Source: Octopus bimaculoides | Taxonomy: Eukaryota | Assembly (NCBI RefSeq): GCF_001194135.2 | Contig: NC_068999.1 | Location: forward strand, 12,504,750-12,568,749 | Reading direction: 5' to 3' | DNA: 64,000 nt | Part shown: positions 40,894 to 52,920 of the stretch, piece after piece | Layout: each line of letters starts with the position of its first letter | Numbering within the stretch: the stretch's first letter is position 1 | Position numbers and translations under genes: made by a program | Notes under the pieces: generated by a model | The model's database searches: none | Told to the model about the DNA's origin: nothing | Seen by the model: the letters and a program-made list of their open reading frames with translations, nothing else

Positions 40894-41489
40894 GAGGTAA
40901 GAGTTTACATAAATAATTTAGATACAGGCAGTGTATTTCATTAATACGTATAAAATATCAGCTTTATTCTAATAATTGGTTTATATCAGGCCCAAAATAT
41001 TCAGTGAAAAATCACCTCCGGTATGATTTGACGTCAGAATCTTTTCAGATCTGCTTTTACAAAATATAACCAATTTTTGATACTCTAGCGATACCAGCAA
41101 TTCATTATCCACAAGGTATACTCATAACAGCCTCTATATTTCATAATTCATAACTATATTTTATCATCTTACTTCTTTATCTCATTATATTACCCGATTA
41201 GAATGTTGTGTAATAACCAACACCTTGTCATTTTACTGAATCTACTACTAAAATATCTAATGTGTCATTTCTTTATTTATATAACACTTTAAGGATTTCG
41301 TTTTTGGATTTGGTTTGCAAGATTCATTATCGTACTTCCATATTCACAGTTTATATTTATATACAGGTAGAATAGTTAGAAGGTTGTTATGTAGATGTAT
41401 GTGCGTGTGTTTATGTGTGTGTGTGCATGTATAAGTATATGTATATGCACATGTATGTATGCAAATGGATATGAATGTAAACAGATAGA

Positions 41490-42117
41490 CATACAACGTT
41501 CTGTACGCTGCTTGGATTTAGACGAAGTGCCAAAACACAATACAAAAGGAATATTCACAAAAAAGAAGCTAATGGTGTCTATGTGGTGGTCCAGCGATGG
41601 TGTCATCAACTAGAGCTGCATGAGATCCGGCAAGTCAATTAAAGTGAATGTATACGTCGACTATTTGAATGAAATGATAAATGAAGTTGGAATTAAACAA
41701 CCGAAATTGGTCAGTAGAGACCGGCCAATTCTCTTGCAACACAATACTCGAGTACATATTGCAAAAAGAACTCTACTCCAGTTATAGTATCTGAACTTGG
41801 GAGTAATCTGTCATCCAACATATTCACCTGAGTTGGCCCGGAACTGACTGTCACGTTTTGCAGGCATTAGACAACTTGTGCAAGGAAAAATCTTCAAATA
41901 TAAAAATGCGCAAAAAAAAAAGAACAAAAACGTTCGTGATTTCATCAGCTGCTGCTATCTAGACTTTTTCGATGACCGCATAAATAAGCTCCCGATAAAA
42001 TGGCAGAATTGTTTTGGCAATTTAGGTGCATACTTTGATTCACTGCATTGCTTTTTGTTGAGGTAAAGTAAAATAAACTTCAGTTTAAAATCGGTCATTT
42101 CATTCTTAATGACCTGA
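41490..42117 (+). mobile_element. 3' half of a decayed mariner (Hsmar1/SETMAR-type motifs)
   Basis: QRSVRCLDLDEVPKH..KKLMVSMWWSSDGVI, LVSRDRPILLQHNTRVH, ICHPTYSPELA; ends in a putative TIR ..CATTCTTAATGACCTGA followed by TA (42118-42119). Confidence 0.9.
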
Positions 42118-42144
42118 TACACACACACGCGCGCGCATGTATGC

Positions 42145-42216
<72 letters not shown>

Positions 42217-42269
42217 GTGTAGTGATATATATGTGAAAAGGAGGAATTATATGTCCTCCTTAATTTCTT

Positions 42270-42812
42270 CATATTTTACTGGTAGCTTACTGGCGTAAGA
42301 TTGCTAATGTGAAAATAATACTAGTATATGGTGTGTTATGAGAATTCATGGAAAGGTACACCATACCTCTCAACAAGTTTGTTAAAAATGGAGAAGAGGA
42401 AGATGTTAAAATTTGAAAGGGTATTAACACATGCATACGATCATTTGAAACAGCGATATCAAAACATGTAAATTCACTATTCTCTGTCTCATCAGTGAAA
42501 GTCGGATATACATGATAAATGTTTATATCCGATTATCACTGATGAGAACAGAGATACGTAATTAACTTAATTTAATCAAATTAATTCAATTATTTTACCA
42601 TGAATTTACACGTTTCAACATCGACGTTTGAAACGATCGGATGCATGTATTAAAATTCTTTAAAATTTTAACAGCTCTTCTCACTTCTTAATAAACTTGT
42701 TGAGTTCTGTGGGATAACTTTTAATAAATTCTCATAAAATACCATATACTTGTATTATATATATATATGTATATGTCCTTTTCTATGCCGTAAGCATACC
42801 CAGTGAAATTTC
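42270..42812. repeat. Large imperfect palindrome (fold-back element or inverted pair of one repeat)
   Basis: Left arm AATACTAGTATATGGTGTGTTATGAGAATTC..CTCAACAAGTTTGTTAA..TGTAAATTCA..TCTCTGTCTCATCAGTGAAAGTCGGATATA versus the reverse complement of the right arm AATACAAGTATATGGTATTTTATGAGAATTT..CTCAACAAGTTTATTAA..TGTAAATTCA..TCTCTGTTCTCATCAGTGATAATCGGATATA. Confidence 0.92.
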
Positions 42813-45545
42813 ACCTGGTTACTGTGATATGAAATATAAGTTTTGCTTTCTCCCATATCTGCAATTAAACTCTGAGAGACCGAGTCTGTGTAACGTGCCA
42901 CAACATAACGATGCAGGTTAATTATCTAATGCATTCACTTTTTTTAAGCCACATATTATTTTGGGAGTTTCTACATAGAAACTCCTTCATTGGATTTTAA
43001 GCTTTTTTGGACCATACAACTTACTGATATTTGAAATAGTTAATTTATAGAATCTTTAAATGGTATTTCTTGAATTGAATCCACCTCCAGTATTAGCTTT
43101 ATATGTCTCCGGATGCACTCTCGTGTAATCCTTCAATTGTAATTGTAATTCTGTTTACCTTACACAAGAATCTATCCCAAAACTTATTCATTAGCAACCA
43201 CGTAATACGTTCCTTTTATGAAAATTTTGCATAAGGCTACATGTGCGTATGAATGAGCATGCGAATAGGTGGAAATATTATTGTCTTACAATTTTGTTTT
43301 TACCATTTTGAATTTATTTCTCAAACCCTTTGTTCAACAACATAAAGCCATTGTAGTTGGCTTGCTTCCTCAACGTCTTTATGACATCTGCTCGACTTTA
43401 GCAACAAGATTGCTTCCTTTTTCTTCTCTGTTATCAGATTCACAACATTTAAGCAAGCCAATTTGATTACCACTTCTTCTTCCCTCTTCTCTTGTGCAGT
43501 TACCTGAAAAGGAGATTAAGCGATATATAGCCTATGACACTATCGAACTCTGTTTTTGATTTCATCCTTATTCTCTTATTTAAGCAGTGTGTCATTGTTA
43601 TAATGTTCACATTGCTGGAATGCCTATCACAAAATTTCTATTTCATCGCCATTACAGCCATCTCGACTCATTTCCAATATTATTTTATCTCTCTTCACAC
43701 GCATCACTTATTTCGATGCAATAGTTTAAAGCAGTCTCTTCATTGACTTCATTTACATTTCAGTCTCGGTGATGTCTGCAGGGATTTGTATATTCCGTTT
43801 GTTTCCCTCTGATTCCAGGTTCAAAACGATGACATTCAGCTTTATAGATAGCGCCTTCACCCCCATCGGTCACAATTCAACGCTCATCCTTATTTAACTT
43901 CCTTTACGGTCTCATTCACTAACATGCAATCAACAAGTTGAGATGCGAAATATCAATATTCGTTATAAAAACATGAACACATATTTCGTTGCGGCAGACA
44001 TATTAATTGATATATCGTACAATTGTACACTGAAATTTGTATATGAGATTCACTTACATAAACAAATACACATATTCCATCATGTATACATTTATAACAC
44101 ATTGACGACTGCATGGAAACCGAAATAATGCGTTTTCACCATTCTCACATACCCATACACATATGCATAAACAGAAACATTCACACGATGGCATATTGCA
44201 GAAAGACATAATTTCCCCTACTCTAACTCACAAATAAACGAAAAATCATGTTGATTTTGTTTTCTATATCATTTTCAATATATNNNNNNNNNNNNNNNNN
44301 NNNNNNNNNNNNNNNNNNNNNNNNNNNNNNNNNNNNNNNNNNNNNNNNNNNNNNNNNNNNNNNNNNNNNNNNNNNNNNNNNNNNNNNNNNNNNNNNNNNN
44401 NNNNNNNNNNNNNNNNNNNNNNNNNNNNNNNNNNNNNNNNNNNNNNNNNNNNNNNNNNNNNNNNNNNNNNNNNNNNNNNNNNNNNNNNNNNNNNNNNNNN
44501 NNNNNNNNNNNNNNNNNNNNNNNNNNNNNNNNNNNNNNNNNNNNNNNNNNNNNNNNNNNNNNNNNNNNNNNNNNNNNNNNNNNNNNNNNNNNNNNNNNNN
44601 NNNNNNNNNNNNNNNNNNNNNNNNNNNNNNNNNNNNNNNNNNNNNNNNNNNNNNNNNNNNNNNNNNNNNNNNNNNNNNNNNNNNNNNNNNNNNNNNNNNN
44701 NNNNNNNNNNNNNNNNNNNNNNNNNNNNNNNNNNNNNNNNNNNNNNNNNNNNNNNNNNNNNNNNNNNNNNNNNNNNNNNNNNNNNNNNNNNNNNNNNNNN
44801 NNNNNNNNNNNNNNNNNNNNNNNNNNNNNNNNNNNNNNNNNNNNNNNNNNNNNNNNNNNNNNNNNNNNNNNNNNNNNNNNNNNNNNNNNNNNNNNNNNNN
44901 NNNNNNNNNNNNNNNNNNNNNNNNNNNNNNNNNNNNNNNNNNNNNNNNNNNNNNNNNNNNNNNNNNNNNNNNNNNNNNNNNNNNNNNNNNNNNNNNNNNN
45001 NNNNNNNNNNNNNNNNNNNNNNNNNNNNNNNNNNNNNNNNNNNNNNNNNNNNNNNNNNNNNNNNNNNNNNNNNNNNNNNNNNNNNNNNNNNNNNNNNNNN
45101 NNNNNNNNNNNNNNNNNNNNNNNNNNNNNNGATTAAGTATTAATCTTTAGCTTTATCGTGGCTTTGAATATGAAGCACCGTTTTTTTTTTATTTTGTGTG
45201 GGTAAACATTTGAGATTCATATATGTTCAAGGGGGCATTAGAAAATTTTAAACAGAAATGCATGCAGGAAATCGTTACCTTTCCGTTTTTATTTAAATTT
45301 ACACAATTTTGCATCTGCTTTCACGAACATGCTGATGAATTATCTTGTTCCAGCGTATATATTTGAAAATATATTAGACTATAAGATCAGCGGCTGTAGT
45401 TTTGTTGGCGATACAAAGCGAGTTATAAAAACCTGCCTAGACTCGTGTCTCCAACGCAAGAAGCGATCAGTAGCTCGAATCTTTCTACTGTATATTATCA
45501 TTCACTGGATGGAGTACTTGCGTTGAGCTTGCAGTCCACAATATT

Positions 45546-45582
<37 letters not shown>

Positions 45583-45740
45583 ACACATACACATATGTTG
45601 TCATATGATGATTATAAAAATATGATTTCTATTTAGGCAAATTTTATATGTCGATGCTAATATGTCTTACCTTACAAATAAGGATCGATCAATGCATCAC
45701 AGGCACAGTCTCATAGAATTATTCAAAGAACCTACCGTAC

Positions 45741-45771
<31 letters not shown>

Positions 45772-45774
45772 ACA

Positions 45775-45833
<59 letters not shown>

Positions 45834-45843
45834 NNNNNNNNNN

Positions 45844-45876
<33 letters not shown>

Positions 45877-46648
45877 CATACATACATATATACATACATA
45901 TATACACACACCGACACACAAATGCATCCATATATATACATATACCACACCATGGACACACACACATATAAAAATCTATCTTTCTATCTATATATCTATC
46001 TATATATATATCTATCTATCTCTCAATATATATATCACATATATACACAGCTATATTCCAATGAATGTAGACATTTAGATACAGTATTACTTAGCTCTCT
46101 AAAAGCATGCCCTTAAGTGCAAGTATGCAGAAAAGATTTTATCGCTAGAAGTACTTCGGATGGTAAATTGCTTCTCGAGGCAAATATGAATACGTTGAAT
46201 GAATTACAATTTTGAAATCTGAATCAGTTTGCTTGTCCCTGTGAGGCAGCTTTATGAATTTATCGACGGGCTCGCTGGTCATTACAAACAATCGCGGTGT
46301 TTGTGGAAGGAATTTTCGATATTTTCACATTAGAGAAGTGTTCCAACAATCTTACTGAGTTATGATAACTTGAAAACAAATATAGCGTATGAATTTGTTT
46401 AGAAATGGATAAATATGCCTGCTAGGCTTGGAAATTCCTTTCATTATATGAAGCTGTACCTACATATTTCTTTTCATTTCGAAACTGAAAACCACAGAGA
46501 TTCCAATGTCTGTCACGCGCATTGTAAATGTGGAGCTTCCATAGACTCGCGAATATTATAAAATGGAGTGTCAGCCGTTCAAATATTAAATATTCACTTC
46601 TAGAAATAAGAAAATAATTACGGAAGCAATTGTTCTGTTTTTGCTTAG

Positions 46649-46676
46649 TCGAAGTGGAGGGTCTCTCTGCACAGAG
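46649..46676 (+). CDS. Candidate 28-nt micro-exon, unknown product
   Basis: TTGTTCTGTTTTTGCTTAG acceptor and GAG|GTGAGT consensus donor; all three frames open. Confidence 0.22.
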
Positions 46677-46968
46677 GTGAGTTGTATATCTCAGATTTAC
46701 ATGAACAAAAATTCGGCGTTATTTTGATGAAAATCACTTATTATTACCAAAGGAATGTTTTGGTTCTCATAGAAATAACAATTCGAGCATTTTTGCCTCG
46801 ATCTCTGATGGAGACATATACATAAAAAAAAAGTATTTATCCAATGGCTCAGTCCGTCTGTGTCTCTATCTCTCTGCATATCTATCTATATATCTATCTA
46901 TCTATCTATCTATTTACATATCTACTTGTTGCCGTGTCTCTACGTCTCTCTCAATACATATTAACATT

Positions 46969-47009
<41 letters not shown>

Positions 47010-47170
47010 TCTTTAGTTCGTTCTCTCCTTTTTACCTTTACTTATCTAGATCTAACCTTTCCGTACAAAAGCGTAGGCTCAAAACGTTATGGACTTCTTC
47101 CAATTTCATTTAGCGTCAGCCTAATTCCAAATTACTGTTACTTCCGTTCAACTCGTAATCCTCCTTTATT
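47010..47170 (+). mobile_element. Dispersed repeat with hammerhead-like relic (possible Penelope-like element terminus), copy 2
   Basis: CTTTCCGTACAAAAGCGTAGGCTCAAAACGTTATGGACTT is homologous to the reverse complement of 57085-57130. Confidence 0.5.
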
Positions 47171-47196
47171 TTAGCACATATAAATGTATACACACA

Positions 47197-47229
<33 letters not shown>

Positions 47230-47457
47230 ACACATATTCATATACAGTAATCTTTCACCCTACCACCATTCACCCATCGCTGTTCATTACTTAAACTTAC
47301 GTCAATAGGTCCGTGGTGTTATTTTGCATTTATAATAAAATAAATATATACAAATTATAGAGAATACTAAAAATGATATACATACATATACACACACATA
47401 TATATATATATATACGTATACACACACAGATACACATATGTATGCACGCATCGTAGC

Positions 47458-47821
47458 ACTCCGTCCGTTACGACGACGGGGGTTCCATTTGATCCGGTCA
47501 ACGAAACGGCCTGCTCGTGAAATTAACGTTCAAGTGGCTGAGCACTCCACAGACACATGTACCCTTAACGTAGTTCTGGAGGAGATTCAGCGTGATATGC
47601 AGTGTGATAAGGGTGGCCCTTCGAAAAACAGGTACAACAGACGCTAGAAGAAATTATGGGAGGAATTTGTGGTGATAAAGTGCAGCAGGGGTCGCCACTA
47701 ACACATGCGGAGCCTCTTGGAGCTTTACGTGTTTCCGCTCAATAAACCCGTACTGAGAATCAAAATTACGATCCTACGACCGCGAATCCGCTGCCCGAAC
47801 CACTGATCCATTGCACCTCCA
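47458..47821 (-). mobile_element. SINE family C (tRNA-Arg-like head)
   Basis: Reverse-complement head GGAGGTGCAATGGATCAGTGGTTCGGGCAGCGGATTCGCGGTCGTAGGATC; body colinear with 53892-54241. Confidence 0.92.
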
Positions 47822-47886
47822 CACATATGTGTATACATACATACTTACACACATACATATATATATATACACACACACACACTTAC

Positions 47887-47921
<35 letters not shown>

Positions 47922-47922
<1 letters not shown>

Positions 47923-48203
47923 CTTAATTCTCATCAGTGGCTTTTAACGCCTAGGGTTAAACTTAACTTCTGCCAATCATATGAGGAAATCCGTTTAAGT
48001 CAGATGCTGAATTTCTATACGGTGTAAGAGTAAGCAACTAATTAAAAAGGTGGCTTATTAGCAATTACAACATAAAGGCATAATTAATAGACGTCACAAA
48101 ATTGATAGACGATGCTGGTCAGCCCCGATCATGCGAAAGCAAGTTTTAAATTAACTCTAAATCCACAAAGCCAAGCATTAAAAGCTGCTGATGAGAATTA
48201 AGG
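47922..48203. mobile_element. MITE-like element with ~32-bp terminal inverted repeats
   Basis: CCTTAATTCTCATCAGTGGCTTTTAACGCCTA (47922-47953) versus the reverse complement of 48172-48203, CCTTAATTCTCATCAGCAGCTTTTAATGCTTG (27/32 identical); no clear TSD. Confidence 0.65.
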
Positions 48204-48255
48204 TGTGAACACCAAGATTCAAAATCGGGCTCATTGTATTTTGGACCAGAAATGT

Positions 48256-48320
48256 AGGCTAGTAGATTGACCACAACTATGGGCTAGTAGATAGATCCAC
48301 GACTGTGGGCTAGGAGATGG
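48256..48320. repeat. ~26-bp tandem repeat x2.5 (GGGCTAGTAGAT.GA.CCAC.ACT.T)
   Basis: Directly visible. Confidence 0.8.
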
Positions 48321-48544
48321 TTTTAGCTATTGAAGTAAATGATATTAAAATAGTAAATTTTGAAATATTAGTGAAACTACATGTTTATTGGGATTAAAAA
48401 TTGATAAAAAAAAATTTACCGCTATGTTCTAACAGATTGAATTATGAAGTCTAGGTATGGAATAGATAAAGTAATAAAGAATAATAAATATAATTAGTGA
48501 TAGAAGAAATTCATCGATATGGTGAGTAAAGAAATCTGATAACG

Positions 48545-48585
<41 letters not shown>

Positions 48586-48947
48586 GCATACACACATACA
48601 CATATNNNNNNNNNNNNNNNNNNNNNNNNNNNNNNNNNNNNNNNNNNNNNNNNNNNNNNNNNNNNNNNNNNNNNNNNNNNNNNNNNNNNNNNNNNNNNNN
48701 NNNNNNNNNNNNNNNNNNNNNNNNNNNNNNNNNNNNNNNNNNNNNNNNNNNNNNNNNNNNNNNNNNNNNNNNNNNNNNNNNNNNNNNNNNNNNNNNNNNN
48801 NNNNNNNNNNNNNNNNNNNNNNNNNNNNNNNNNNNNNNNNNNNNNNNNNNNNNNNNNNNNNNNNNNNNNNNNNNNNNNNNNNNNNNNNNNNNNNNNNNNN
48901 NNNNNNNNNNNNNNNNNNNNNNNNNNNNNNNNNNNNNNNNNNNNNNN

Positions 48948-48981
<34 letters not shown>

Positions 48982-49861
48982 GCATACACACATACACATA
49001 TATGCATACATATGCACATATATATTCGCGTATGGATAAGCTTAAAAACGTAGTATCCATGTACACATTGCTTCTAATACACGCATAATTGTTCGTACAG
49101 AAATAAGTTCGCGCGAACTCATGCACACATATACATACGGACACCCAGCCCATACACAATAATACACCGTACATGCTTGTTCACACTTACTCATATGCCA
49201 AGTTACTGTTATATCAGGTGCCACCGATGTCTCACATGAATATCTTCCTCTTCCGTTTGTTTTTTTCATCTTTGTTGTTACATGTGTTCTGCAAATATTC
49301 TCTAATGGTAAAAGGTGTGAAAACACTATATCTGTTCAGTATCGTCCCCTGTCGGATTACGAAACGTAACGTTTCAGGTTCGTGAACAGCTATCAACGGG
49401 AAATACCGAAAAGTGATAAATTTGGTAACATTTAAAGTTGTAGCTTTTACTCAGACGGTTAATAACATTGACTGATTTGCGCTGTTAAACTGCCATATCG
49501 GAAGAAATTCAGCAATATCGGTGCCCATTTGGTAAGAGAAGCGTTTGAAAACGTATATTAATATATATTCTTCTCTCTGTGGTAGAACAAACAGATATTT
49601 TGTTTCGCCGCTATCACTTCGAAAACGAATTTTATTTGCTAAAGTATTCAAGTAAATATATATATTATACAGTTTGTGTAGACTAAACTGGAATGTAACG
49701 ATATTTATTAATATATACAATATCCGTTTTGGCCACCAGTATGATGTTTAAAAGAATAAACAAATTCAACAAATGTATATGTGTTCTGAAGGGGAAACGA
49801 ATTTAACCTTAGTGGTCGTTATTAAAAGAATATTTATACAGCTGCACACTTTTCTCTTCAG

Positions 49862-49883
49862 TTCAGCCATGGTTTAATATGAG
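49862..49883 (+). CDS. Candidate 22-nt micro-exon (xQPWFNM), unknown product
   Basis: CACACTTTTCTCTTCAG acceptor and GAG|GTGAGT consensus donor; one open frame. Confidence 0.22.
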
Positions 49884-52280
49884 GTGAGTACAACAAGTTT
49901 TAAGACTCTCCATAGACAGCTGAAAATGTATTACAAGGTCTGCTATGTGGTTTGATAAGTTTAATCTGCAATTTTCCCTTCGTGGAAGAATGACATAGAA
50001 ACTTCTTTTGCATTTGACAAATTTCGTTAGATGACAACTTGCAGTAGACGAGAAAACCTGTACTATTTATTATTAGAAATGCTTTATATTGCATTATCAG
50101 GTTATCAGACATATGCTTCCGTTGCGTAAATAATTAATTAGTTGTTATATCTGAAGTTGTGTTTGAAAGTTTGTCAGTGAGAAGGTCGGTTTGTGTGTGT
50201 GTGTTAGTTAATTAACAGATTTCTCGAGTAGCGAAGGTTGTTGAACGAAATAAAATTATTCTAAGGTACGTTATCTTTCAAACTGATCTTTTCTCGATTC
50301 TTTGACTTCAAGACTTCAATTGACTCTATCATTTTGGTAATCTACATCTTGTCGTTATTTGGAGACTTGATGGCGCTTAGATAAAGTTGGAATATCTCCC
50401 CTTAAGGAGTTGAACAGTGTCTGATGCACTTTACTTTCTGATTAGAAAAGAATAGGCCTGCTAACAAATCCAAAGTAGATATCATATCTTGAAAGCAATT
50501 AGCTAATTACAACAGTATAAGTGACAATTGCAATATTCCTGAGTGGACTCTATCTAATATAGATGGAATGCAGACGGATATCAACTGCAAGCAATTATAA
50601 CATTTCGAAGGTTTGGTAAGAATGGATATTGGTGTTAGTGGTCATGAGCAGAAAACAGTGAATTCTCAAGTGGTAGAAGCAAATCTATTTCCGATTAAGC
50701 AGAAGGCACTTAGACCTAAATTATTCGTTCGAAACGGAAGTCAATTCGTTTCATGATCAGCAATTAACATAAAATGATTTCTAATTAGAAACTTTAATAA
50801 ATTGTGCCTGCGTGAATATTTGTATTAAAATAAATTCTAAATGCAGAACCATGCTTCAGAGATAAATATTCTTTGCAGTAAATAAGATTATTTGCGCTTT
50901 AAATACTGGTAAAGTCGGATCTGTAAGTCTCGTTGTCTCCGATGTGTCTCGATTAATGCATATAGAAACTCGATGTGGTGTACATGTGACACGTACATTC
51001 TTAATGTTATATTATATTTCATTGTACATTTCCTACTGCTTGATGGTAAAAACTGTCTTGAAGTTACATAGAATTTTTGATAGGAAATACAATTATTTAA
51101 TCATCTTTATTAATGAAAAAACGCGAAAGTTATCGAACGCTTTAGTAAGTCATTCAGTCCTTATTCCGAAACCGATAATATTCCATTACCAACCATGCTA
51201 GCTAAACAATGCAGTAGATCGCTAAAACCACACAGAGACAATGTGTGTTCACACTGCAAAATTTGTAAAACCGTTATCAACCTGAATGATAAGGATATGG
51301 CATTTTCTGAAGTCATTTACTTAGCACACAGCGCTTGTGTATGTCATATTCATCAGTCGTTTTTTATAAAGAAACCGTATATTGTTAAGAATGTCTGGTG
51401 TGAATTACTTTCAATATGGTGCAGGGCATGCTATTACCTACATAAATTGGTCCGTGTATTTTCATACTACTTGTAAGTAAGTGAGCTATATTGTATTAAA
51501 TCTATTCAAAAGCATAGACTTTGTATATGATTTCTAACATTGAACACCTGCATCCAGAGAAAAATCGTAAATATATATTTTCAGTTGATATCTGTGGAGT
51601 TGAAGTTCACTCGATATACGCTGGACATGTCTAATAACTTCGTACAGGTTTCCTAGAGAAAAAAAGAAAGAAAACAACACACACAAACACAAAACCAAAA
51701 ATAATCAATGTTCTGTTACACTTCTCCGAATCTCAAAAAAGAGCAATTAATCAGAAGACACAATAATTAAGAATATTTGCTCACAAATAAATCTCTAGAT
51801 GTATGCCGGCAATAATAATTCACACACGTACATGAAAACTATCATGGGAAAGCTCTCAGATCGGGTGTAAAAGACATAGAGAGATATGTGTGCTTCCGGT
51901 GTCACGCGCATTCCTAATTTTGATATATATATAATTCCTAAGCTCCCATACCAAGATAAAATTAAATTCTTTACAAATTTTACTTATGCTGGAATAGCAG
52001 TGCACCCTATACTTCTTCCATCAACGGAAGAACAGTGTACTGAACAGTAAAATATAATGTAATAGTATACTAACATCAGAACCTCGTACGACCTAATTTA
52101 TCAACGTAACAATATATACAGGAAAGATATATAATATATAAAGGAAAAGATAAAACAATATATAAAGGAAAGAAAAAGCCAATTTATCTTAAGATCAGAC
52201 GATCAGCTAATTGTGTTTATAAAATCACGTTACCATTCCCCAGAAAATATTTGTTGAATAACCAATCTTATTTGACACAG

Positions 52281-52920
52281 CATTAATAACAAATCGGAAG
52301 TGTGCAATATTGTTTCAGTTACTCAGTTTTACATATTTATACTTTTTTCGCATTCAAAGCGTTCACCATGTGAAGCAATGCATCGGTCCAGGCACGTTTT
52401 CCCCTATTCGAAGCCGTGTTGGAACTCTTGCGAAGGGATATCTTTTACCGCCTCTGCCGTTATTTTCTTGAAGTCTTCCACATCTGAAAATTCCGTCGCA
52501 CCAGCTTTTGGCACCAGTGATGAGCTTCGGTCGGCCTGAAAGAGGTTGGTCCTGAAGGGGCATGTGACCATTCCTAAAACGTGGAAACCACTCGTAAACT
52601 TATGTTTTGCTCATGGAAGCGTCATTGTAAGCTGCTTGAAGTATGACAACTGCTTTGGCTGCTATTTTCCCACCAGCAGAAAACAGAATTTCACGGAAGC
52701 ACGCTGTTTCTTCGTTTCAGCCATGGCAATAATCGACAAACTGGGAAGAAGCAGTGAAAAACATAGACCCACAACGTGGCGCTACGACTGCTGTTGACGA
52801 CGCTGGTTCGCAGATTGACGGGCAAGGGTCACATTAAATGGCTTCTAGAAGCGGAAGACGAAACTACAACAAGTTTCACCCACAGATAACATTTCCGGTT
52901 ACATTTAGTTACCCCCCCCC
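52281..52920 (-). mobile_element. Internally deleted non-autonomous mariner (irritans-like)
   Basis: Minus strand MAETKKQRASVKFCFLL..AYNDASMSKT*VYEWFPRFRNGHMPLQDQPLSGRP fused to the C-terminal DVEDFKKITAEAVKDIPSQEFQHGFE*GKTCLDRCIASHGERFE; degenerate TIR-like ends (..AACCGGAAATGT / ..AATCGGAAGTGT). Confidence 0.9.

Noticed and set aside
42523-42645. CTGATGA ... GAAACGATC in the palindrome arm as a hammerhead ribozyme
   Set aside because: Stem I cannot form adjacent to the core, and the intervening ~85 nt do not give a credible stem II
45329-45526. ORF with CLDSCLQRKKRS (furin-like site)
   Set aside because: Short, weak donor, no recognisable ZP or other domain; the motif can arise by chance
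47750-47821. tRNA-like sequences here and at 54170-54241 as tRNA genes
   Set aside because: They are heads of a ~360-bp repeated element with degenerate B boxes and no intact cloverleaf, so they are SINEs
46649-49883. Spliced peptide LHRVQPWF resembling the Grb14 SH2 N-terminus (IHRSQPWF)
   Set aside because: Similarity stops after 8 residues and depends on an unverified splice; no SH2 continuation was found
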